A stretch of 64,000 nt of DNA from Candidatus Cloacimonadales bacterium. Its GTDB lineage: Bacteria; Cloacimonadota; Cloacimonadia; Cloacimonadales; JAFGVF01. Shown in pieces: positions 26,605-35,320 of this stretch (position 1 is the first letter of the stretch; each line of letters begins with the position of its first letter). Both the position numbers and the translations under genes were made by a program. Location: contig OY762964.1 in the NCBI GenBank assembly GCA_963667035.1, positions 1,632,001-1,696,000 on the forward strand, read 5' to 3'. The notes under the pieces are model-generated. The model made no database searches. It saw only the letters and a program-made list of their open reading frames with translations, and was not told the DNA's origin.

Positions 26605-28703
26605 AGTTTGACTCCTATTCCATTTAAGTCTATCTTCTTCAGTTGTTCTTCAGTTAAAATCGAACCTGCTGACTCAGGGGTTAGTTTTGGAGGGGGAACA
26701 TCAGCAGGTTCGAGCGTGAGGGTATTGACCTTGTTTTCTTTCTCAGGAATATGTTCAGGAGAAGGAATTGGTATTTGTTTTGGTTTAGCTTTCTCTTCGA
26801 TGTAATTCTGATCTGTAATCAAGTGTATATCTTCAGGAGTAGTAATCTCTAAAGGATTGCGTTTTACATATAAATCAGTTGCTTCAGACAGCTTTTGAGC
26901 AGCTTTCTTAGCTTCTTTCTCAAGCTTTCGGTGTAGTTTCAAGGTGTCAGCAAGTTGCCTTCTATCAAGTTCTGCAGTATCAGATAGCTTGTAGTGTGGA
27001 TGGTGCAATTTCTTAGCTTCAGCTTGGCAAACAAACTGATCATCTACATAAACAAGCACTGACTTAATTGACCAAGTGTCATATCTTACCAAGGCACGCT
27101 TTCCTACATGATCAACTAATACAGGAGACCAGTAATCTACTTTCTGAACCCTTACACCTTCATTGCTAATTTTAACACTCGCTTTTTCAAGCATAAGGTG
27201 GTTGAGCTGCTTAGAGGAGATTAACCTGGATACTGGAGCTTTAAAAGCTTCAAGTACTTCTAAAGGTTTGCGTCCATCAAGCCCTTTATGAGGTGTCATT
27301 CCGTAAATATTGATCATCCACGCATTAAGACACATCTTAAACTCTTCTATAGGAATCGGAGATCTATCATTCAGGCTTGCTGTGAACTTCTCATTACGTT
27401 TCATAGAAGCTGGTTTTGCCTGATTATTTTCTCCTCTCCAACTCTTATGGAAACGTTCAAAACCGTTCTGCATAGTAAGCCAGAAGCGTTCTATCACTTT
27501 TGACTTGGCGTTATATGGTTGAGAGAAACTGACAACTATTCCAAGTGCATGATAGATACCTTCAAGTTGTTCTTCAGGTAGCTTAGGTGCTTCAAGTCCT
27601 TTTCTGGTTGAGCCTATGAATATCTTGCTTCTATAAGCCTTACCATTGTCTATTTGCACAAGCTTTGGAATGTAACCAGTAAACAAGCAGCTATTTCTAA
27701 AGCTCAGTTTGATTACATCTGCATTCTCTGTACGATTTATACTTAAACCCACACACATCCTACTACCTGCATCAAACCACCCAATAAGTGTTGGACGGAA
27801 TACATTCCCGTTCTCATCCATCACATCAAGGTTCATCTCTTTGCCGTCAGAGACCCACATGTCACCCGGTTGTATCAAGCTCCAGTCTCTTTGAACCGTA
27901 GGAAGAACTTTCTCACGAAAATGCTTTGTACCTTTTCGAAGCAGATTCCATAAGGGACGATTTTTATCCTGCCAATCCTTAACAAAACGATAAAGAGTGT
28001 AACTGGTGACTGGTATCATCTTTCCTGCTAATCGATATTCATGCTCAACTTGAGAGATTGCAGACATGATAGGAATCTCACTATCTCTTTTCAGGTAAGC
28101 CAATAACCTAATCTGCACATCTGGGGGGACATTATGACCGTGAGACCGCTCATAGTTAGGCATCAAAGCCCTGTAATCACCGTTGGCATCATTTAAATCG
28201 TGTTCCCAACGCTCCAATGACCTAGGTGAGATCTTTTTCAATCTTGGTTCTGCCCAACTGTATAGTCCGGCTTTGTAATTCAGCACAAAGTCCTTTCTCT
28301 GTTTGGTTATGCTTCCGGGTGTAATCCCGGCAAGAAAGCGTCGAACAATCTCAGCCTTTACAATAGCCTCACGTTCATGCTTCAGGGTAATCTTGCTCTT
28401 TTTCTCCGGGAAAACAGACAACTCGTTAAGAATTGAATCATCTATACTACTGGGTACGTGAGCTTCAAGCTCACTGGGTCCGCAGGCATCCTTGCCTGCA
28501 TCATTTTGCATTTTGCATTCATCATTTAGCATTTCGACCGGGACGGTCGGTGCTTCAACCCAATACAAGAAAACCTGTCCACCCTTACCACGTCCGGGAA
28601 CAGACTTACTTTCAAGCTTGCCGTTACTACCCCAGTTACGGATAGTCCGAGGGCTTACTCCAAGAGCCTCTGCTGCTTCGTTACAAGTTAACCATTTCTT
28701 CAT
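26601..28703 (-). CDS. Mu-like DDE transposase
   Basis: N-terminal HTH; WVSDG, IDNGKAY, AKSKVIERF triad; PHKGLDGRKP; VRYDTWSI C-terminal domain. Start set at ATG 28703 (GGAG RBS). Confidence 0.95.
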   Translation of the reverse strand: MKKWLTCNEAAEALGVSPRTIRNWGSNGKLESKSVPGRGKGGQVFLYWVEAPTVPVEMLNDECKMQNDAGKDACGPSELEAHVPSSIDDSILNELSVFPEKKSKITLKHEREAIVKAEIVRRFLAGITPGSITKQRKDFVLNYKAGLYSWAEPRLKKISPRSLERWEHDLNDANGDYRALMPNYERSHGHNVPPDVQIRLLAYLKRDSEIPIMSAISQVEHEYRLAGKMIPVTSYTLYRFVKDWQDKNRPLWNLLRKGTKHFREKVLPTVQRDWSLIQPGDMWVSDGKEMNLDVMDENGNVFRPTLIGWFDAGSRMCVGLSINRTENADVIKLSFRNSCLFTGYIPKLVQIDNGKAYRSKIFIGSTRKGLEAPKLPEEQLEGIYHALGIVVSFSQPYNAKSKVIERFWLTMQNGFERFHKSWRGENNQAKPASMKRNEKFTASLNDRSPIPIEEFKMCLNAWMINIYGMTPHKGLDGRKPLEVLEAFKAPVSRLISSKQLNHLMLEKASVKISNEGVRVQKVDYWSPVLVDHVGKRALVRYDTWSIKSVLVYVDDQFVCQAEAKKLHHPHYKLSDTAELDRRQLADTLKLHRKLEKEAKKAAQKLSEATDLYVKRNPLEITTPEDIHLITDQNYIEEKAKPKQIPIPSPEHIPEKENKVNTLTLEPADVPPPKLTPESAGSILTEEQLKKIDLNGIGVKL
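28449..28500 (+). repeat. Two overlapping REP-like units inside transposase linker
   Basis: ACTGGGTACGTGAGCTTCAAGCTCAC / ACTGGGTCCGCAGGCATCCTTGCCTGCA; read as AGKDACGPSELEAHVPS on -. Confidence 0.88.
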
Positions 28704-28734
28704 AACTTCTCCAATATAGTGTGTAATAGCCCTC

Positions 28735-28788
28735 ACTGGGTACGCTGGCATCCTGCCGGCACATAACCACCCGGTGAGGGTTGGTTAC
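28735..28788 (+). repeat. REP-like unit plus adjacent hairpin upstream of transposase
   Basis: ACTGGGTACGCTGGCATCCTGCCGGCA then TAACCA-CCC...GGG-TTGGTTA. Confidence 0.75.
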
Positions 28789-28791
28789 ACA

Positions 28792-29742
28792 CTATCGTTG
28801 GGACGATATTTCTTTATTTGGTTGCTTCTTGGTCGCTTCACCGGGAAGGAGTCCCAGCTCATTCCAACCCTCGCAGGTAGATACTGCATCACCATCCTCT
28901 AAAACAATACCTATTACCATATTCAATAAGTTTAAAGCTGCACCGCGTGCCGTAAGTGTGAGCCTATAAATGTCTACCTCGCTAGGTTCTGGGACGAATA
29001 TACCCCTGTTTTGAATTAGGTCCCTTGTGAGCTTTAAATTACCCAAGTCTGATTCTGCTCTCAACAAGGATATACGCTGATAGAACATATCTGAGACATC
29101 TTCACCATCAATGGTAAATATTGGGTTGCGGATAATAGAACTGGAACCGCAGGCATCCTGCCTGCACTCTTTCCCCTTCTCCACCGCCCTAATAACATAA
29201 AGCTCTCCTTCCTCACTAAGCTTCAGACCATGAGCCTCTAATGCATCATCAAGCTCACTCCAACACTCCATCGGGAGCAGGGATATAGCTTTCGAAAGAC
29301 CTGTTTCCGGAGGAATTGATATTGAATTAAAGATCGGAAGTGCTCTAAACCTATCAAGTACCTGCCGAACTATCTCATTAATACGTTTAGTGACTGAGTT
29401 ATCAGCTCCAAAATCTCCCGTGTAAGGACGCTTAGGTGCGTCAGATGGTGATAGGTCTGCTATTACTGCCTGTCCCTGAATGTCCCTGCCTGTCCCTTCA
29501 GGCTCCGGTATCTCGTAAGGATGCTGTCGAAGCAGCCCAATTATAGGTTCCACGCACCAATAATAGTAAGTTCTGATGCCGCCGTAATCGCAGATTACAG
29601 CTAAAAAACTCACATCGGTTATTTTAAACTCTACCTTACCAAGGTACCAAACTTGACCCTCTTCTAGCTCCACTCCGTGGAGATATACCTTCCCTTCAAT
29701 AATCTCCACTCCATTATCAATTATGCATTTGTCATTCTTCAT
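28792..29742 (-). CDS. Hypothetical early protein containing a REP-like unit at 29140-29166
   Basis: 316-aa ORF with GGAGG RBS in early operon. Confidence 0.6.
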   Translation of the reverse strand: MKNDKCIIDNGVEIIEGKVYLHGVELEEGQVWYLGKVEFKITDVSFLAVICDYGGIRTYYYWCVEPIIGLLRQHPYEIPEPEGTGRDIQGQAVIADLSPSDAPKRPYTGDFGADNSVTKRINEIVRQVLDRFRALPIFNSISIPPETGLSKAISLLPMECWSELDDALEAHGLKLSEEGELYVIRAVEKGKECRQDACGSSSIIRNPIFTIDGEDVSDMFYQRISLLRAESDLGNLKLTRDLIQNRGIFVPEPSEVDIYRLTLTARGAALNLLNMVIGIVLEDGDAVSTCEGWNELGLLPGEATKKQPNKEISSQR

Positions 29743-29746
29743 TCTT

Positions 29747-30034
29747 CTATCCCCTCCAACCGGAATAAATTGTTCTTATTTGGTTAGTAAAAATGGTGTT
29801 GTGATTCCACTCCACATAGTACTCATCAACAGACATAAACACTTTGAATAACCCTTCTATTGGGTTGTAATGTACTTGTAGGTAAACCTCCTCAGATAGC
29901 CCGGTAACAATACCACGCTGAGTAAACTTAACGTTGAGCTTTGTAGTTTCCCTAATTGCCTCCACAAACGCATTCAGACTCATCTTATCACGCTTCACGT
30001 TCAGTTCTTTCTTCTCGCATCTTACATCTTCCAT
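29747..30034 (-). CDS. Hypothetical early protein
   Basis: Co-oriented, TAATG coupling. Confidence 0.6.
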   Translation of the reverse strand: MEDVRCEKKELNVKRDKMSLNAFVEAIRETTKLNVKFTQRGIVTGLSEEVYLQVHYNPIEGLFKVFMSVDEYYVEWNHNTIFTNQIRTIYSGWRG

Positions 30035-30270
30035 TATTTCACCCCTCGTGAGAAATCAGTAGATTCATTATCGCTCATGAACTCATTATGAGCTTTCTCA
30101 AGTCTCTGCTGAATGTCCTTGAACTTTCGTTGATATGACTCAACTTCGAGAACTTTATCCTGAAAACGCCCCTTAAGCCTTGCTTCTTCAATGAAGCAGC
30201 GAATTGCAAAAACTATCAGGATGATGCAAATCACTGAAATAGTGATGACGGTTATATATATATCAACCAT
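30034..30270 (-). CDS. Small membrane-anchored coiled-coil protein
   Basis: AGGAGG RBS; N-terminal TM. Confidence 0.6.
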   Translation of the reverse strand: MVDIYITVITISVICIILIVFAIRCFIEEARLKGRFQDKVLEVESYQRKFKDIQQRLEKAHNEFMSDNESTDFSRGVK

Positions 30271-30282
30271 TTGACTCCTCCT

Positions 30283-30546
30283 TTACTGCATACGCGAGCT
30301 TCCGGCTCGCATTTTCCCGGACACAACTGCCAACTCCTCGGAAAAGTTTGTTACTATCCATGAATATACCTTTGGATTGTTACGCCTCCCATTCACCACA
30401 GCTCCAACCATCTGGGGTCCCACTTCACAGACACCTTGATCATGTAGCATGAAGGAGATCCATGAAGGTGAGTATCCTCCATTTTTAAGCACTATTGCCG
30501 CCTTCAACTGCTCCGGTGTGTAATTGACTACTTTTGTCTTTCCCAT
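30283..30546 (-). CDS. Ner/Cro-like DNA-binding protein
   Basis: 'YTPEQLKAAIVLK...VGAVVNGRRNNPKV'; near start of operon divergent from repressor; 3' end is a REP-like unit (30285-30311). Confidence 0.6.
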   Translation of the reverse strand: MGKTKVVNYTPEQLKAAIVLKNGGYSPSWISFMLHDQGVCEVGPQMVGAVVNGRRNNPKVYSWIVTNFSEELAVVSGKMRAGSSRMQ

Positions 30547-30555
30547 AGCTAATTC

Positions 30556-30744
30556 CTATAACTCTTTCTTGATTTTATTGATTACTGACCCAATATCTGC
30601 ATAGCGGCTTGCACCCATGCTCATTATTAGGTCCTCGGTTGTCGTGAAACGCCCATCCTCGTCTTCTTCAAGATCGTAATATGTTTTCTTTAGAACATAT
30701 TCCACGATTTTAGCCTCTTCAGCACTTATCCTTAAAGTCACCAT
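30556..30744 (-). CDS. Small hypothetical early protein
   Basis: AGGAGG RBS; first gene of early operon. Confidence 0.65.
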   Translation of the reverse strand: MVTLRISAEEAKIVEYVLKKTYYDLEEDEDGRFTTTEDLIMSMGASRYADIGSVINKIKKEL

Positions 30745-30810
30745 ACCTAGTACCTCCTATTTTATGTTCTTGACTTTTATTCCTTCGGTGTTTTTGTAGA
30801 TACAGTGACA

Positions 30811-30864
30811 TAAATATGTAAATTCTACATATTAGTCAAGCTGTTTTATGCAATAACTACATAA
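30811..30864. promoter_or_regulatory. Immunity-region operators and early promoter
   Basis: AATATGTA-N5-TACATATT (30813-33) and TTATGCA-N5-TACATAA (30846-64); on - TTGACT (30834-39)-17-TATTTA. Confidence 0.65.
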
Positions 30865-30874
30865 AGGTGTTTTA

Positions 30875-31516
30875 ATGATTGGCAAAAGATTGAAGGAAAT
30901 TAGGATATCTCAAGGACTTACGCAAATGCAAATTTCTTCAGTATTGGAGATAAATCAGGGCAATTATAGTAGGTTAGAGAAGAATAACATAGAACCGAAT
31001 ATGCCATTATTACATAAAATCAGTAAACTATATAGTGTTAATCTGCATTGGCTCCTAACCGGAGAAGGTAATATGCTTCTTGATTCTCCTGATTTACCTA
31101 AAGTCTCATTCCCAGTAACTCACGAGATGAAAGAAATCCCTATATCTGCTGAAATCTCAGCCGGGGAACCAATCGAAGCAATCGACCACGAGCTTGGTGT
31201 TGTCCAGGTCTCCAGTGCATTACCTGTAGAGAGCCTTGTAGCATTCCGGGTAAATGGTGCAAGTATGAAGCCTGTAGTGCAGCATAATGATATTGTGATT
31301 ATCAACCGGGACTGTCTTGAAGATTGTTATGATAACCGGATAGTAGCTGTAAGAATAGATGATGGTATCACCCTAAAGAAGTTTGTCCTGGATCATGAAA
31401 GTAAAAATGCCTGGTTATTCCCTTTCAATCTTCAGTACAAACCAATAAAACTCAATGACAACATGGATATCAGAATCATAGGAGTATTGGACTATCTAAT
31501 AAGATCTTTTAAGTAG
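30875..31516 (+). CDS. CI-like repressor, XRE HTH + S24 peptidase
   Basis: RLKEIR..GLTQ HTH, VNLHWLLTGEG, SAG cleavage site, VNGASM and TLKK catalytic residues. Confidence 0.95.
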   Translation: MIGKRLKEIRISQGLTQMQISSVLEINQGNYSRLEKNNIEPNMPLLHKISKLYSVNLHWLLTGEGNMLLDSPDLPKVSFPVTHEMKEIPISAEISAGEPIEAIDHELGVVQVSSALPVESLVAFRVNGASMKPVVQHNDIVIINRDCLEDCYDNRIVAVRIDDGITLKKFVLDHESKNAWLFPFNLQYKPIKLNDNMDIRIIGVLDYLIRSFK

Positions 31517-31525
31517 GAGGAATTT

Positions 31526-32194
31526 ATGTGGTTTGTTTTATTGCTAATAATCGCTATTGTTGTTTATGCAATCTATAAGAAGTATTTCACGAAAGTTATC
31601 ATTAATGGTCAAACTAAAATTGTTCCATTGAGTAGCCTCAAATCGGATTATATCTCCACCCGTTATCCTAAAGGTATTGAGTTCGAAATGACAGGAAATC
31701 GCTTAAGAATCGTTTATGAATCTGCTAAGATAATTTCTGAAACTAAGAATATGGGTACTCTTATCAGTAGATTACATGTTCTCTTAGATAATTTAAGCAA
31801 GCTAGAAGAGTTGTCCATCGATGAGATATACAGTAACTACGAAAGTTTACTGCTTGAGTTTGTGACAAAAGGTAAATTAATAGATTCAAAGATAGCTAAT
31901 TTTAAGAGTTTTAGAGATAATATAACATGCCCTTATTGCAGTCATTTGTTCGATAAACCCGTAAGTCGAATGAGAAACTGTCCTCAGTGCAAAAATAAAA
32001 TTATCAGAATAAAAGATAATGATACTGCATTCTTAGTTACAGAAGCTGAAGCAACTGAAATATCGAATGTGTTAAGCAGACATTCATATCAATGGGAGTC
32101 TGACTTCATCTCTGATTTCCCTGAAAGATTTAAAGAGTATGAAGAGCTATTTTTACCTGAACTTTTGTATGGTGAAAAGAAAGAGGAAAGTTAG
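31526..32194 (+). CDS. Membrane-anchored zinc-ribbon protein co-transcribed with repressor
   Basis: N-terminal TM; CPYC-x11-CPQC. Confidence 0.7.
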   Translation: MWFVLLLIIAIVVYAIYKKYFTKVIINGQTKIVPLSSLKSDYISTRYPKGIEFEMTGNRLRIVYESAKIISETKNMGTLISRLHVLLDNLSKLEELSIDEIYSNYESLLLEFVTKGKLIDSKIANFKSFRDNITCPYCSHLFDKPVSRMRNCPQCKNKIIRIKDNDTAFLVTEAEATEISNVLSRHSYQWESDFISDFPERFKEYEELFLPELLYGEKKEES

Positions 32195-32205
32195 CAGGTA
32201 CTAAT

Positions 32206-32411
32206 TAAGGCAATTTCGCCATTTTGGGTGCTAACATTTTCGCCAAACTGCCTGCTAACATTTTCGCCAAACTGCCTGCTAACATTTTCGCCATTTTCCT
32301 GCCATAATTTTCCATTATTTTACATTTTCGCCATTTTGCGATTTCGCAATTATTCGCTATAAACCATTATCGCTAAATGTATTTACACGACTAAGGCAAT
32401 TTCGCCATTTT
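32206..32411 (-). repeat. Prophage repressor-side end: candidate transposase-binding repeats
   Basis: TTTCGCCA at 32214, 32238, 32262, 32286, 32326, 32400; 24-bp tandem TGCTAACATTTTCGCCAAACTGCC x2 plus partial (32229-32293). Confidence 0.85.
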
Positions 32412-32423
32412 CCCTGCCCCCCT

Positions 32424-32454
32424 ATAGCTTACGCTATTTATACCTTCTATAAAT
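32424..32454 (+). repeat. Right copy of 31-bp direct repeat
   Basis: Identical to 3418-3448. Confidence 0.95.
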
Positions 32455-32484
32455 CCCCTTGCTGTGTAGATACTACCAACCCGT

Positions 32485-32568
32485 TGTTTTTGCACTGTGA
32501 TTCCACTGTGAACGCACTATCCACGCACTGAAACACCGGGTTAACAGTGCCTGCACAGTGCAAAAACA
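32485..32568. repeat. Inverted repeat with reiterated CACTG/CAGTG units
   Basis: TGTTTTTGCACTGTG (32485-99) / CACAGTGCAAAAACA (32554-68). Confidence 0.75.
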
Positions 32569-32824
32569 GTGGAAAGATTCTGCTTTAGTGAAACATCTAC
32601 TCAGAGAGAAAAAATGGAGTTCTATTGTGATGAATCATTTGAAACAACATTCAGGTTTTGGAGCAAATAAATGTCTGCAAAGTTAAAGGCATAGAGATAA
32701 TCGTTAAGGATTTGTATGTAAACCGTATTACTATCAGCGAAGGAAAGATAAAGATGTGAATAGTAATCAAACATGCTGTTGACAACTTTCAACGAAAATT
32801 AAATATGTTTAACAAGGAGACAAA

Positions 32825-33025
32825 ATGGATAATATTGTTGGAAGAAGAATTATTGCAGAAGTTAATGGAAAGAAACAGACAGTTAGAGTGAAGTTAATAA
32901 ATAATAGATTGGAAGTAACGGACTGGGATACCGGACATGAGATTATCAAGTTCAGAGTGGTGAATGCAAATCCTGTAAATCCAATAGTAGTAATCAGTTC
33001 CATGGAATGTGAAGATGAAAAATAG
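32825..33025 (+). CDS. Small hypothetical protein
   Basis: AAGGAG RBS; overlaps next gene. Confidence 0.6.
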   Translation: MDNIVGRRIIAEVNGKKQTVRVKLINNRLEVTDWDTGHEIIKFRVVNANPVNPIVVISSMECEDEK

Positions 33026-33908
33026 AATTGTAACGGTCTTGTTGTTTTGCGGACTGTCTTTGCTGTCAGCAATAGAGATTTGGTTACCTCCTTCCAATAT
33101 TGCATACCCGTTTGTAAAAACTTGTGAAATGAACGAGAAGCTCGATTATAGGCTTTATAGAGATGTCAATACCGAGCTGTTACCGGTTTTGATAAAACAG
33201 AAGAGCGGTTTGTATCTGTTACCTGCGAATGTTGCATTAAAGCTTTATAATAGTGGTGTTAATATCAATGTTATAGCAGGATTCTCCACCGATATGTTGA
33301 AGATTCTGTCCAATGATGAGGGTGTTGTCTCCATAAAAGATTTAGATAAAAGAGAGTTCATAGCAGGTGGTCAGGGAAGTTCTCCCGATATTATATCTAA
33401 GCACCTTTTTAATTCTTATGAAATAGCACCGAATTACCAATATGGAAGCTCTCCTGAAATTGCCAGATTCTTTGTTGCGGGGAAATACAAAAATGTGATT
33501 CTTCCTCAGCCATTGGCCGAGTTTGCAGTATACAAATCAAAAACTGAGATAAAACAGTTTAACGTAACTGATGAATGGAAGAGAATACACACGGATAGTG
33601 ATGGAATTCCACAGCTGGTTTTGGTTTCTATCAATACGGATGGTTTAGTAAACACCGATGAAGTTTTAGAGTCATTCTCGAAGTTTGAAACGCTTATGAT
33701 CGAAGACAAGAAGAGTTCTGCTAATGATATAAAAGAATTGTTAGGTTATAAGTTCCCCGAAGAAGTCATAATGAGAAGCATTGCTCCGATTAATGTCTTA
33801 AAGGGAGATAAAGCAAAAAAAGAACTTAATGATTATTACAAAGCTATTATGGCTTTAGAGCCAAAGTCGATTGGCAGCAAATTACCCGATGAAGAGTTTT
33901 ATAACTAA
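33009..33908 (+). CDS. NitT/TauT-type ABC transporter substrate-binding protein
   Basis: Signal peptide, LPANVALKLYN, GQGSSPD, LPQP; precedes permease and ATPase. Confidence 0.8.
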   Translation: MKMKNRIVTVLLFCGLSLLSAIEIWLPPSNIAYPFVKTCEMNEKLDYRLYRDVNTELLPVLIKQKSGLYLLPANVALKLYNSGVNINVIAGFSTDMLKILSNDEGVVSIKDLDKREFIAGGQGSSPDIISKHLFNSYEIAPNYQYGSSPEIARFFVAGKYKNVILPQPLAEFAVYKSKTEIKQFNVTDEWKRIHTDSDGIPQLVLVSINTDGLVNTDEVLESFSKFETLMIEDKKSSANDIKELLGYKFPEEVIMRSIAPINVLKGDKAKKELNDYYKAIMALEPKSIGSKLPDEEFYN

Positions 33909-34629
33909 CAAACTGCTTCCTTTCCTTGCTTTTATTGTTATCTGGCATGTGGCATCGCTGTTCTTTAGTAAGCTGATATTGCCATCACCAATTGATGTGG
34001 TTGGTGTTATTGTTAATATATTTCAAAGTGAATCCTTTTATACTTCTCTATCCATAACCTTGCTTCGCTCAGTCGGAGGTTTAATTATATCTCTGATTTT
34101 AGGAGTAATAATAGGTTTTGTCATGCATTTCTCAAAGATAGTCAATTCCATTATGCATCCGGTTTTGATAGTTCTTCAATCATTACCGATAATTTCATGG
34201 ATATTATTAGCATTGATATGGTTTGATAGTTCAATAATCCCCGTCTTCATTGTATCCGTTTCTACGCTTCCCATTATTGTTTTGAATGTGTATGAGGGTC
34301 TGAAAGAGATTAGTAATGACTATTTAGAGTTAGTGAAATTCTATAAACTTGGATTTATGAAGTGCCTCAAAGGACTCTATTTCCCAACCGTGATAACTTT
34401 CATAGTCTCAGCTTACAAAATAATAATTGGTTTGTGTGTAAAGACATCTGTAATGGCTGAGGTTATAAGCAGAGTGAAACATGGGATAGGTAATGACTTG
34501 AATCAGGCCTGGATTAACATAGATACTACAGAAGTACTCGCTTATACGGTTATAATAGTTTTATTCACATATATGCTTGAGCGAGTGTTATCTTTGAGCT
34601 TCAATAAAGTCTTAAGGAATTACAGATGA
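33871..34629 (+). CDS. NitT/TauT-type ABC permease
   Basis: LILPSP, QSLPIISWILLALIWF, VMAEVI. Confidence 0.9.
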   Translation: MAANYPMKSFITNKLLPFLAFIVIWHVASLFFSKLILPSPIDVVGVIVNIFQSESFYTSLSITLLRSVGGLIISLILGVIIGFVMHFSKIVNSIMHPVLIVLQSLPIISWILLALIWFDSSIIPVFIVSVSTLPIIVLNVYEGLKEISNDYLELVKFYKLGFMKCLKGLYFPTVITFIVSAYKIIIGLCVKTSVMAEVISRVKHGIGNDLNQAWINIDTTEVLAYTVIIVLFTYMLERVLSLSFNKVLRNYR

Positions 34630-35318
34630 TTAAGATAACCAATCTGACAAAGAGTTTCGATGATAACATGATATTTGAGAATCTTAATCTTACCATTAAT
34701 TCAGGGAATACCGTGATTTTAGGACCTTCAGGTTCCGGAAAAACAACTCTTCTAAGACTGATGGCAGGACTGGACCATAGTTACAAAGGGCAAATTGTTC
34801 ACGAGCATAGCAGCCTGAGCTATGTATTCCAGGAGGATAGACTCTTGCCTTGGAAAACTCTGAGACAGAATATAGAATTTATCATCCCGAAGCCTAATGT
34901 ATTACAGGCAAGAATCGAGAATGTCTCCCAATCTCTTCATATTGATGATTTGCTTGATAAGAAGCCTTACGAGTTAAGCGGAGGACAAAAGAGAAGATGT
35001 GCAATTGCCAGAGGTTTTATATATCCTTCCGAGACAATTCTTATGGATGAACCTTTCAGTTCTTTGGATCTTTATCTGAAACTCAAAATTATAAGTGATC
35101 TAAGAGCTCTATTGGAAGAAGAAGATAGAAATATGATATTGATTACTCATGATATAAATGAAGCTTTACTTCTGGCAGATGAGATAATTATCTTTAAACA
35201 AACACCGATAACCGATTACAAGAGAATAAACATAGATTTGAAGCATAGAAGAATTGATGATGATGAGTTCAGTAGATTGGGCAGTGAAATCTATCATTAT
35301 TTATTGGAAAGGAGTTAG
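34626..35318 (+). CDS. ABC transporter ATP-binding protein
   Basis: GPSGSGKTT, LSGGQ, ILMDEPF, ITHD. Confidence 0.95.
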   Translation: MIKITNLTKSFDDNMIFENLNLTINSGNTVILGPSGSGKTTLLRLMAGLDHSYKGQIVHEHSSLSYVFQEDRLLPWKTLRQNIEFIIPKPNVLQARIENVSQSLHIDDLLDKKPYELSGGQKRRCAIARGFIYPSETILMDEPFSSLDLYLKLKIISDLRALLEEEDRNMILITHDINEALLLADEIIIFKQTPITDYKRINIDLKHRRIDDDEFSRLGSEIYHYLLERS

Positions 35319-35320
35319 TT

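Larger units (their letters stand above)
3448..32426 (-). mobile_element. Mu-like transposable prophage, ~29 kb, siphovirus-type tail
   Basis: DDE transposase + ATPase, repressor, Mu-type DUF935 portal/gpF/gpG/gp36-like genes, capsid, tape measure; inverted end repeats; flanking direct repeat. Exact ends uncertain by a few bp. Confidence 0.93.

Noticed and set aside
28704..28751. N-terminal extension of transposase on the ORF track
   Set aside because: The upstream ATG lies inside a REP hairpin; ATG 28703 has an RBS and begins the HTH.
32229..32293. CRISPR or iteron array
   Set aside because: Spacerless 24-bp tandem sharing the end motif found inverted at the other phage end.
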